A DNA stretch of 38,872 nt, from NCBI GenBank assembly GCA_027341315.1, contig DAIENA010000001.1:1-38872 (forward strand). The letters are read 5' to 3'. Below the pieces are notes generated by a model, which did not search any database, was not told the DNA's origin, and saw only the letters and a program-made list of their open reading frames with translations. The DNA comes from an archaeon. GTDB taxonomy: Archaea > Nanobdellota > Nanobdellia > Pacearchaeales > GW2011-AR1. A program made the position numbers and the translations under genes. Of the stretch, positions 15,735 to 24,107 are shown in pieces. Each line of letters begins with the position of its first letter. Position 1 is the stretch's first letter.

Positions 15735-18700
15735 ATGAAAAAAACAATATCAAAAAAAATCGGAGAAATTAAGTTTTCACTTCTTAGCCCTGAAGAAATC
15801 AAGAAAATTTCAGTTGCGAAAATTGTGACGCCGGAACTTTACGATATTGACGGCTATCCCGTCGACGGTGGATTAATGGATTTAAGACTCGGAGCAATTG
15901 ACCCGGGAGTCAGATGCCGAACCTGCGGAGGGAAAATAAAAGAATGTCTTGGACACCCCGGAAGTATAGACCTTGCTAAACCAATAATTCATTTAAAATA
16001 TGTTCCGGTTATAGAACTTGGACTTAGATGCTTCTGTCAGGAATGCGGGAAACTTATGCTTGACGACAAAGACCTGAAAAAATATACTCCAAGCCAGAGA
16101 GCAAAAAAAGCAAAAGATGCAAAAAAATGCCCTCATTGTCAGGCGACTCAGGAAAAAGTAAAACTTGACAAACCAACGAGTTTTTACCGGGGGAAAACGA
16201 GAATTTTCCCGACGGAAATACGTGAGAGTCTTGTTAGAATCCCGGACGAGGAACTTAAAAAAATTGCAATCGACCCGACGACATGCAGAGTTGAATGGTC
16301 TGTTTTGAATTCATTGATTGTCCCCCCCGTAACCGTGAGACCGTCTATAATTCTTGAAACAGGGGAAAGAAGTGAAGATGACCTTACTCATAAATTGTCC
16401 GATATAATCAGAGCAAATCAAAGACTTTGGGAAAACCTAAACGCCGGAGCCCCTGAAGTTATTATTGAAGACCTTTGGGATTTATTACAATACCACGTCA
16501 CGACATTTTTTGACAACACCGTCGCCAGAGTTCCGCCAGCAAGACACAGAAGCGGTCAGCCGTTAAAAACAATTGAAGAAAGAATAAAAGGAAAAGAAGG
16601 AAGAATAAGAAAAAATATTGCAGGTAAAAGAGTTAATTATTCGGGTAGAACAGTTATTAGCCCCGACCCAAATATTAATATAAATGAAGTTGGAGTTCCT
16701 TATGAAATCGCAAAAGTTGTGACTGTTGCCGAGACTGTTAATGATTTTAATAAAGAAAAACTTTCAGAATTAATTAAAAGCGGGGAAAACTGGCCTGGAG
16801 CAAATTATGTAATAAGACCCGACGGACGAAAGAAAAAAATTACTCCGGAACTTCAGGAAGAAATTATTGAAGAATTAAAACCCGGTTACCAAGTTGAGAG
16901 ACATTTACAAAACGGGGATATCGTTTTATTCAACAGACACCCCTCACTTCACAGGGCAAGTTTAATGGCGCATTATGTTCGGGTTTTACCGGGAAGAACT
17001 TTTCGGGTTCACCCTGCTGCCGCTAATCCGTATAACGCCGACTTCGACGGTGACGAGATGAATATTCACTCTCCGCAGACTGAAGAAGCAAGAGCGGAAG
17101 CAAAAATACTTCTTGACGTTAAACAAAATTTAATTTCTCCGAAAAACAATACTAACTTAATCGGTTGTATTGTCGACGCTGTAACCGGAAATTATATGCT
17201 TGGTAAAAGAGATTTCACAAGAGAGGATGCAAATCAACTTTTGTATAAATCAGGAATTGAAGCTGAATTCAGTGGAAAGACAGTTTCAGGAAAAGAGATT
17301 TTTTCAATGGTGCTTCCTGAAATTGATTTCTCAAATAATTCTCTTGACATAAAGAAAGGAAAAGTCACTAAAGGTGAAATTGATAAATCAACTTTTGGAG
17401 ATGAAGAAGGAGAACTTGTAAAAATAATTGACGCAAAATACGGACGAAGCGCCGCTTTTGAAACTATAAGAAAGGCATTTAACCTTGGAAAAAATTATCT
17501 TTCTGAAACAGGAATCACTATTTCCGTCGAGGATTTTGATTTGGATGAAGAAACTATTGAAGAAAGTGAAAAAATAATTAAGGCGACGGAAAAGAAGGCT
17601 GAGGAAATAATCAAATCTTACGAGGACGGAACACTTGAACTTATTCCGAGTAAATCTCTTGAAGAATCACGGGAGATTCACTTATTGAAGGTTCTTAATG
17701 AAGCGAGAACAAAAATCGGTGCGATGGTTAAAGAAAGATTCCCTGAAACAAATCCGGTTGACCACATGATAAAGTCCGGTGGCGGGGGAAACATTTTGAA
17801 TATTACACAAATGGCGTCGAGTGTTGGTCAGCAGGCTTTTGCCGGCGGAAGAATCGACATCGGGTACACTCAAAGAACTCTTCCATTTTTCAAGAGAGGA
17901 GATTTGTCGCCGCGTTCGAGAGGATTTATCAGAAATGGTTTTATAAGAGGGCTTAAACCCGACGAATTTTTCTTCCAGTCAATTACAGGAAGAGATTCAA
18001 TTATGGACACTGGTTTACGAACTCCTAAGTCGGGATATTTGTATAGACGTCTAGCTAACGCGCTTCAGGACATGAGAGTCGAATACGACGGAACAATAAG
18101 AGATTCAGGAAACAATATAATTCAATTCCAGTACGGCGTCGACGGATATGACGTTTCGAAAATCCACCTGAAAGAAAAAATTTCTCCGGGTGAAGCGGTC
18201 GGACTCGTGACGGCGCAGTCTTTCGGTGAAGCTTCGACGCAGATGGTCCTTAACACGTTCCACATGGCCGGTGTTGCTGAAATGCAGGTTACAACCGGTT
18301 TACCCAGAATAATCGAAATTTTTGATGCAAGGAAAAAACCTTCTTCTCCGAAAATGGAAATTTATCTTGAGAAAGATTATGACAATGAAGAAGAAGCAAA
18401 ATCTTTTGCAGAGAGAATAAAAGAAGTTACATTAAAGGAAGTCTCTACGGAAATTAATCTTGACTTTGGAGAAAAAGTAATTACAATTAATCTAGACAAA
18501 GATGAACTTAAAAAAACTCATGCAACTCCAAATAAGGTTGCCGAGAGACTTAATGAATTAGGATTTAAAGTTGAAAATAAAGGAAACTCGATTGTCCTTA
18601 ACGCTTCGGATTATCAATTTAAAGAAATTTATCAACTTAAAGAAAAATTAAAGAAATCAATTATTTCAGGAATTAAGGGAATTGAACAGATTTTAATTTC

Positions 18701-19223
18701 TAAGAGAGGAAAAGATTTTATTGTAATCACCCTTGGAACAAATTTGGAAGAAATGATGAAGATGAAAGAGGTTGACAAAAAAAGAATTATATCAAATGAT
18801 TTACATGAAGTTGCACGGGTTCTTGGAATTGAAGTTGCAAGACAATTAATAATAAATGAAATTAAGGAAGTTCTTGATTCCCAGGGTCTTGACATTCATG
18901 TTAAACATCTTGAGTTAATTGCCGACGCTATGACAAACACCGGAGAAGTTAAGGGAGTTACGAGAATGGGAATTATCGCCCAGAAGGCGTCTATACTTGC
19001 AAGAGCAACTTTTGAAACCCCTGTAAGGCAGTTTGTGAATGCAATTATTAAAGGCTCGTCAGATAAACTTGAAAGTGTTATTGAAAACGTCATACTTAAT
19101 CAGCCGGTTCCCGTCGGTACAGGGCTTCCCGGTCTTCTCGTGAACGTTATCGGTTCTTTGGCCGGAGATGACAAACACAAAAAAACTGCCGAGTCGAAAA
19201 TTGTCGAAGAAGCAAATAAATAA
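15735..19223 (+). CDS. rpoA: DNA-directed RNA polymerase subunit A, single unsplit gene (A' and A'' equivalents fused)
   Basis: One 1162-aa ORF carries the zinc-binding N-terminus, NADFDGDEMN (catalytic Mg site), the bridge helix GRDSIMDTGLRTPKSGYLYRRL, and the A''-type trigger-loop region PGEAVGLVTAQSFGEASTQMVLNTFHMAGV. There is no stop or frame change between them. Confidence 0.9.
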   Translation: MKKTISKKIGEIKFSLLSPEEIKKISVAKIVTPELYDIDGYPVDGGLMDLRLGAIDPGVRCRTCGGKIKECLGHPGSIDLAKPIIHLKYVPVIELGLRCFCQECGKLMLDDKDLKKYTPSQRAKKAKDAKKCPHCQATQEKVKLDKPTSFYRGKTRIFPTEIRESLVRIPDEELKKIAIDPTTCRVEWSVLNSLIVPPVTVRPSIILETGERSEDDLTHKLSDIIRANQRLWENLNAGAPEVIIEDLWDLLQYHVTTFFDNTVARVPPARHRSGQPLKTIEERIKGKEGRIRKNIAGKRVNYSGRTVISPDPNININEVGVPYEIAKVVTVAETVNDFNKEKLSELIKSGENWPGANYVIRPDGRKKKITPELQEEIIEELKPGYQVERHLQNGDIVLFNRHPSLHRASLMAHYVRVLPGRTFRVHPAAANPYNADFDGDEMNIHSPQTEEARAEAKILLDVKQNLISPKNNTNLIGCIVDAVTGNYMLGKRDFTREDANQLLYKSGIEAEFSGKTVSGKEIFSMVLPEIDFSNNSLDIKKGKVTKGEIDKSTFGDEEGELVKIIDAKYGRSAAFETIRKAFNLGKNYLSETGITISVEDFDLDEETIEESEKIIKATEKKAEEIIKSYEDGTLELIPSKSLEESREIHLLKVLNEARTKIGAMVKERFPETNPVDHMIKSGGGGNILNITQMASSVGQQAFAGGRIDIGYTQRTLPFFKRGDLSPRSRGFIRNGFIRGLKPDEFFFQSITGRDSIMDTGLRTPKSGYLYRRLANALQDMRVEYDGTIRDSGNNIIQFQYGVDGYDVSKIHLKEKISPGEAVGLVTAQSFGEASTQMVLNTFHMAGVAEMQVTTGLPRIIEIFDARKKPSSPKMEIYLEKDYDNEEEAKSFAERIKEVTLKEVSTEINLDFGEKVITINLDKDELKKTHATPNKVAERLNELGFKVENKGNSIVLNASDYQFKEIYQLKEKLKKSIISGIKGIEQILISKRGKDFIVITLGTNLEEMMKMKEVDKKRIISNDLHEVARVLGIEVARQLIINEIKEVLDSQGLDIHVKHLELIADAMTNTGEVKGVTRMGIIAQKASILARATFETPVRQFVNAIIKGSSDKLESVIENVILNQPVPVGTGLPGLLVNVIGSLAGDDKHKKTAESKIVEEANK

Positions 19224-19299
19224 TATTTTTAATTTTGTATTAATTATTTAGAGGTTACATATTCGAAAAGTTTAAAAGTCATCGTCCTTATCCTTTGAT

Positions 19300-20550
19300 A
19301 TGAAAAACTTAGTGTGTGATAATTCAAGAGAAGACTTTCCTGTAGATTATATCGGTGGAAAAGGAAAAGGATTACTAAAATTAAAAAATCTGGAAAAAGA
19401 ACTTAGACAGGAATATTTTTGGAGAATAAAAAAAGTGGAAATTCCAAATTTTTTTATAATTCCTGTGGGTTATGATTTAAATTTTAAAGAAAATTTATTT
19501 AAGTTGGCCGATTCCTTAGGACCTAAAAAACTTGCTGTGCGTTCGTCGTCTCCATATGAAGACGCGGAAAATAATTCTTTTGACGGCATTTTTGAAAGCC
19601 ATCTTGATGTTTCAAGAGACGACCTTCTTGAAGCAATTAATAGTGTAAAAAATTCAGCATTGGGGAAAAAAGCTGTGGAATATTCAAAAGAATTCAATGT
19701 TCCTATTGACAACAAAATGGCAGTTATTGTGCAAAAAATGGTGTCGAGGGAAAATACAGGAATAATTTACTCAAAGTTTCCGGCTATTTCTGATGTAACA
19801 AGAATTATTTCAAATTTTGGAAATAAAACTGAAAATATTCTTTTTGAAAGAAAAACTTTAGATTATTATGATGAAAGTGGCAATGAAATCAAAGAGAAGA
19901 AAATTGTTTCTGGCAGGAGAATAATCCAAGACGGGAATTTGGGCCATATTGATTTTTTTAGTGGATTTTCTGAACTTTCTCATTTTGTTGAAAAAAAATT
20001 TGGTTACCCTGTGAGAATTGAATATTCTTATGACGGAGAAAAAGAGGAATTAAATTTATTGCAAGCACGTTCTATAGAGAAGGGAAAAAGTTTGGAAAAA
20101 ATTATAATGCCCGAACTTGAAGCTGGAAATTTAATTGCCGGAACTTATGGAGTAAATGGAATTGGAGACGTCACACTTCCGTTAGTTAATATAATTAATT
20201 CTAAAGAAGATGGAAAAGAACATCATATCTCAGAAAATGAAATTGAAAAGTTAGACAAGAAATATAAAAATGGTTATATTCTTCTTGCACAATATTTAAA
20301 ATTTGATGATAATTATATTGATCCTATAACCCCCCATAAAAAAGCCGCCATAATTGGGAGTCAATTTTTGGGAGGAGATGATAGCCCCGACCATGATTGG
20401 GATATAGCAAGAAAAAAAGGATTGCTTTATCTTTTAATTCCGGATTTTTATTTTGAATTTTCCGGAGACAGGAAATCACCATTGAAAACTGGAGATATGG
20501 TGAGAATTATCAGCGACGGGGTTAAAGGAATGGTTTACAAAGTTGATTAA
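19300..20550 (+). CDS. PEP/pyruvate-binding (PPDK_N, ATP-grasp) domain protein with a C-terminal PEP-utilising-enzyme mobile (swivel) domain; no third domain
   Basis: IGGKGKGLLKL, LAVRSSSPYEDAENNSFDGIFES and MAVIVQKMV are typical of the PEP synthase/PPDK N-terminal domain. The C-terminus LGGDDSPDHDWDIARKKG...GDMVRIISDGVKGMVYKV resembles the phospho-His swivel domain (GGxxSHxAIxAR...G..V.VDG..G.V). Confidence 0.6.
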   Translation: MKNLVCDNSREDFPVDYIGGKGKGLLKLKNLEKELRQEYFWRIKKVEIPNFFIIPVGYDLNFKENLFKLADSLGPKKLAVRSSSPYEDAENNSFDGIFESHLDVSRDDLLEAINSVKNSALGKKAVEYSKEFNVPIDNKMAVIVQKMVSRENTGIIYSKFPAISDVTRIISNFGNKTENILFERKTLDYYDESGNEIKEKKIVSGRRIIQDGNLGHIDFFSGFSELSHFVEKKFGYPVRIEYSYDGEKEELNLLQARSIEKGKSLEKIIMPELEAGNLIAGTYGVNGIGDVTLPLVNIINSKEDGKEHHISENEIEKLDKKYKNGYILLAQYLKFDDNYIDPITPHKKAAIIGSQFLGGDDSPDHDWDIARKKGLLYLLIPDFYFEFSGDRKSPLKTGDMVRIISDGVKGMVYKVD

Positions 20551-20586
20551 GTAAAAATAAATATTAAAAATTCTTAAAACAACAAT

Positions 20587-20594
20587 TTTATAAA
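20587..20594 (+). promoter_or_regulatory. TATA box (TTTATAAA) for nusA
   Basis: Centre about 30 nt upstream of the ATG at 20620. Confidence 0.45.
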
Positions 20595-20619
20595 GCGATT
20601 TGGTATAAAGAAATTATAT

Positions 20620-21036
20620 ATGGTCAACACAATTGATATGCAGGACTTAAGAAGACTCGCTCTCTTTAGAAAAATTACAAGACTTGAAACAAGATATTGT
20701 TTTAGTTATAATGAGATATTAATGTTTTGTGTTCCAAAAAGAGAAGTTTCAATCGCTCTTGGAAGAAACGGAGAAAATCTTAAAAGAATGTCGGATATAT
20801 TAAAAAAAAGAGTTAGAATTATTCCGCTTCCAAACGGAATTAACGACGCGAAATCGTTTATACAAGCCGTTATTGCTCCAGTCGGATTTACCGGAATCGA
20901 AATCACGCCTGATGAAATCGTCGTCAACGCCGGCTCCGAAAATAAGGCGGCGCTTCTTGGACGAAACAAACGGCGATTCCTTGAAATGAAAAAAATCGTT
21001 AAAGATTTTTTTAGACTTGAATACAGAATTATTTAA
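20620..21036 (+). CDS. nusA: Archaeal NusA-like transcription termination/antitermination factor (two KH domains)
   Basis: 138 aa in the typical position between rpoA and rps12, with KH-like GRNGENLKRMSDIL and LLGRNKRRFLEMKKIV. Confidence 0.8.
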   Translation: MVNTIDMQDLRRLALFRKITRLETRYCFSYNEILMFCVPKREVSIALGRNGENLKRMSDILKKRVRIIPLPNGINDAKSFIQAVIAPVGFTGIEITPDEIVVNAGSENKAALLGRNKRRFLEMKKIVKDFFRLEYRII

Positions 21037-21361
21037 CTTTTTTTTCGAGAACCGAATTAATTACGTCTGAATATTCTTTATAAGATTCTTTTATACAATT
21101 TTTTACAGATTCTGGATTGTGAGGAAATTCTTGAATAAATTCTGATTCGGTAATAAATCCGTAATATTTTTTATTTTTGTTTCTATCGCTTACGTCTATG
21201 ACGTCGACGTAACACTCGTCTACATTAACATTTTTTACAATGGCGGGATGATAATCAAACTCAATTTCTCTCGCAACAACTTCCCAAACCAAATCTCCGG
21301 GCTTTATACCTTCAAACCTTGCTTTTTGCTTTTGATAATTGTTTTTGGTTAATAGTTCCAT
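21029..21361 (-). CDS. Hypothetical protein (110 aa), opposite strand, convergent with nusA (8-nt overlap)
   Basis: Intact ORF. PGDLVWEVVAREIEFDYHPAIV resembles the first strands of Tudor/PWWP-type SH3-like barrels (weak, by eye). Confidence 0.45.
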   Translation of the reverse strand: MELLTKNNYQKQKARFEGIKPGDLVWEVVAREIEFDYHPAIVKNVNVDECYVDVIDVSDRNKNKKYYGFITESEFIQEFPHNPESVKNCIKESYKEYSDVINSVLEKKVK

Positions 21362-21470
21362 AAATATAATTTTCGATTAAATTATTAAATATTTTTACAA
21401 AGAAAAGTATATTTCAAAAAACGAAATTTATTAAAACTCTTTAGTTCTTTAGTCTTTATATGGGTTTTAA

Positions 21471-21782
21471 ATGAAAAAAATTATCAACAATTATTCTTCA
21501 CAGGTAATTTACCGCGGAGAAAAAAAGGAACTTGAAAATATTTTGAAGATTCTCTGCCAAAATTTAGGCACTGGTTTTGAAGAGCAAATATCAGTTTTTT
21601 CAAAGGAAGATAAAAAAATAGAAAGTCCAGACCAAAGAATATATTACAATCTTGAAAGAATTCTTTATATTTCAAACTCATCGAAGCCGAAATTTTTATT
21701 TCCGATAATTCTAAAAATTTCCAAAAAGGCCGATGAGAAATTTTCTGAAAAATACGGGAAAATTGACATGATTGAGAAATAA
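21471..21782 (+). CDS. Hypothetical protein (103 aa)
   Basis: ORF only; no motif recognised. Confidence 0.4.
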   Translation: MKKIINNYSSQVIYRGEKKELENILKILCQNLGTGFEEQISVFSKEDKKIESPDQRIYYNLERILYISNSSKPKFLFPIILKISKKADEKFSEKYGKIDMIEK

Positions 21783-21838
21783 TTTATTTTTTGATTGCAA
21801 AAAATGTCCTCGCGATTTTTAAAAATATACCCAATAAA

Positions 21839-21846
21839 TTTATAAA
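21839..21846 (+). promoter_or_regulatory. TATA box (TTTATAAA) for rps12
   Basis: Centre about 31 nt upstream of the ATG at 21874. Confidence 0.45.
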
Positions 21847-21873
21847 CCAATTTTATTAAGAATATCTATCAAG

Positions 21874-22296
21874 ATGGGATTGAAAAGTGCATTCAAAAAA
21901 GTGAAAGACCGGAAGAAATTCCGATGGAAAGACAGAGCTTACAAAGTTCACACTCTTGACCTTTTTGCTAAGTCTGACCCACTTGGCGGAGCCAATCAGG
22001 CAAAGGGAATTGTTCTTTCAAAATTTCAAAAAGAAGCAAGACAGCCAAACTCCGCGATGAGAAAATGCTGCAGAGTTCAGCTGACAAAAAATGGAAAGAC
22101 CGTCGGTGTTTTTATTCCCGGAAACCTCGCGCAGAAATTTATCGACGAGCACGACGAAGTTATGATTGAAAGAATCGGCGGGAAACAGGGAAAAAGTAAA
22201 GGCGACATGCCCGGAATTCGATATCAAATTATAAAAGTAAATGATCAACCATTGCAAAGACTTGTAAGAGGGAAGATACAAAAAGGTAGAAGATAA
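21874..22296 (+). CDS. rps12: 30S ribosomal protein uS12
   Basis: [27 protein letters not shown] and [15 protein letters not shown] are hallmark archaeal S12 segments. Confidence 0.95.
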   Translation: MGLKSAFKKVKDRKKFRWKDRAYKVHTLDLFAKSDPLGGANQAKGIVLSKFQKEARQPNSAMRKCCRVQLTKNGKTVGVFIPGNLAQKFIDEHDEVMIERIGGKQGKSKGDMPGIRYQIIKVNDQPLQRLVRGKIQKGRR

Positions 22297-22297
22297 A

Positions 22298-22597
22298 ATG
22301 GAAAAAACTTTTGAATTCAGTGATGAAAAATATTATGGACAGGTTATTCCTTATATGGAAAAAAAATTTCCCGGCTTAACAGGGAGTAAACTGGAAGATT
22401 TTTATTATGTTCCTGCTGGAGCCAGTGTGGGTCACGATTTAAAAGACGGAACTAAGGCTCTTATTGGTAAAGCAATACATTCCCGCGTTCAGGTAAAAGT
22501 TTTCTCCGACGACGAAGAGTTATTTAAAGAGTTAGGGGAATTAGAAAAACTTACGTCGACGACCGGACGAAACGGCGGGACGGGGACGGGAAATTAA
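22298..22597 (+). CDS. Small hypothetical protein sORF-A (99 aa), paralogue of sORF-B
   Basis: Starts 1 nt after the rps12 stop. The N-terminus TFEFSDEKYYGQVIPYMEKKF matches sORF-B EFQFLREAYYRQVIPLLEEYF. Gly/Thr-rich C-terminal tail. Confidence 0.6.
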   Translation: MEKTFEFSDEKYYGQVIPYMEKKFPGLTGSKLEDFYYVPAGASVGHDLKDGTKALIGKAIHSRVQVKVFSDDEELFKELGELEKLTSTTGRNGGTGTGN

Positions 22598-22907
22598 AAT
22601 GACAGAAGAGTTTCAATTTTTAAGAGAAGCGTATTATAGGCAAGTTATTCCTTTATTGGAAGAATATTTTTCTGATAAAGAACTTGGAAAGAAAATTTTA
22701 GCAGATAAGTCTTTACACAATTTAGATAATCTTGCAATGATTTATAATGATTTTTTTAATGAAAATAAGGGAGAAATATTAATAATTACTCCTTCAAAAA
22801 TATCTCCTGAAAAATTTGTTTTGGTGGTTACCTCGAAAGATGAAAAATTAATGAAAGGATTAGAAAAATTATCAATGGGGGAAGTAGGAAATTAAAATGA
22901 CAGAAGA
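22589..22907 (+). repeat. Perfect 21-bp direct repeat GGAAATTAAAATGACAGAAGA at 22589-22609 and 22887-22907, bracketing sORF-B
   Basis: Read directly. The copies are exactly 298 bp apart. Each spans a stop codon, the 1-nt spacer and the first four codons (MTEE) of the next gene. Confidence 0.9.
22599..22895 (+). CDS. Small hypothetical protein sORF-B (98 aa), paralogue of sORF-A
   Basis: Starts 1 nt after the sORF-A stop and ends 1 nt before the rps7 ATG. Begins MTEE, as rps7 does. Confidence 0.6.
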   Translation: MTEEFQFLREAYYRQVIPLLEEYFSDKELGKKILADKSLHNLDNLAMIYNDFFNENKGEILIITPSKISPEKFVLVVTSKDEKLMKGLEKLSMGEVGN

Positions 22908-23529
22908 ACAAGAAATAAAAACTGAAGGTAAAAAATTGAATTTCAAGATTTTTGATATGTGGGACATTTCAGAAATAAAAGTTGAAGATCCTGGATTAAG
23001 AGGGATTATTAACCTTGAACCAAAATTAATTTTGAAATCCGAAGGAAGAAACGTCGTTAAACACGGACAGACGCGGGTGAATATCGTTGAGAGACTTATG
23101 AATAAAATCGCGCTTACCGGACACCGAGGGAAAAAACACAAAATTGAAGTTGGAAGAGCGACCGGAAAATATTCACGAAATATGAAAATTGTTATCGAGG
23201 CTCTTCAGGCCGTCGAGAAAAAAACCGGAAAAAATCCGGTCGAAGTTTTGGTTCGTGCGATTGAAAAAATTTCTCCAAGGGACGAAACAACAATAATTGA
23301 ATACGGCGGTGCAAGATATCCTCAAGCAGTCGACGTTTCGCCAATACGACGTGTTAACCTTGCTTTAAGAAATCTTGTTCACGGCGCAAGCGACAAATCG
23401 TTCGGGAAAAAGAAAAAACTTTCGCAGTCACTTGCTGACGAAATAATTCTCGCCTACGAAGAAAACGGGGAAAGTTCTGCCCTGAAAAAGAAAAAAGAAG
23501 CCGAGGCGCAGGCAGACAGCGCAAGATAA
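22897..23529 (+). CDS. rps7: 30S ribosomal protein uS7
   Basis: IVERLMNKIALTGH, NPVEVLVRAIEKISPRDETTIIEYGGARYPQAVDVSPIRRVNLALRNL is the archaeal S7 pattern. Confidence 0.95.
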   Translation: MTEEQEIKTEGKKLNFKIFDMWDISEIKVEDPGLRGIINLEPKLILKSEGRNVVKHGQTRVNIVERLMNKIALTGHRGKKHKIEVGRATGKYSRNMKIVIEALQAVEKKTGKNPVEVLVRAIEKISPRDETTIIEYGGARYPQAVDVSPIRRVNLALRNLVHGASDKSFGKKKKLSQSLADEIILAYEENGESSALKKKKEAEAQADSAR

Positions 23530-23558
23530 AATTTTAGTAAATTATTTATCACAATAAA

Positions 23559-23566
23559 TTTATAAA
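23559..23566 (+). promoter_or_regulatory. TATA box (TTTATAAA) for the 23589 ORF
   Basis: Centre about 26 nt upstream of the ATG at 23589. Confidence 0.45.
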
Positions 23567-23588
23567 TAGAAACTTTCTAAATTCCCTC

Positions 23589-24059
23589 ATGACAGATTTT
23601 GATGAACTCAAAGAAAGTTTAGAAAGAGATTACTCGACGGGCGACGCGGTGCATAAAATGATTACCGACGAATTGTTTGAGGATATCAGAGTAAAAGAGA
23701 AGAAACTTGAAAATATAGTTTCTAATGAGTTCAAGAGATTAATAGAAATTCCAAACATGATAATTCCTCCCCGTAAAAATAAAGGCGAAATGCCTCAAAT
23801 ATTGGAATACAAGGTTTCTTACAATAAAGAATTAAAAGATTTTGAAATAAAAATAACAAAAATGAAACTTCCAAACGGAAAAGTAATGGACGACAATAAA
23901 TACGCGTCGAGAACTTACGGATGTCCGCACGATTATACGTTTCCGATTTGCGGAATAAACGGAGAAGTCAGCAACATTGTAAAAGAATTCAAAATAAAGT
24001 ACAACGTCCGGGGAATAAAAAATGTCAACCACAACTGTTTTCACGAGATAAAGAAATAA
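23589..24059 (+). CDS. Hypothetical protein (156 aa) with a Cys/His-containing C-terminal region
   Basis: ORF with its own TATA box. The C-terminus YGCPHDYTFPICG...HNCFHE could bind metal (speculative). Confidence 0.5.
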   Translation: MTDFDELKESLERDYSTGDAVHKMITDELFEDIRVKEKKLENIVSNEFKRLIEIPNMIIPPRKNKGEMPQILEYKVSYNKELKDFEIKITKMKLPNGKVMDDNKYASRTYGCPHDYTFPICGINGEVSNIVKEFKIKYNVRGIKNVNHNCFHEIKK

Positions 24060-24107
24060 TTCTGGTTTTTTCGAAAAATATATATAGAAAAATAACTTGC
24101 TTTCACC

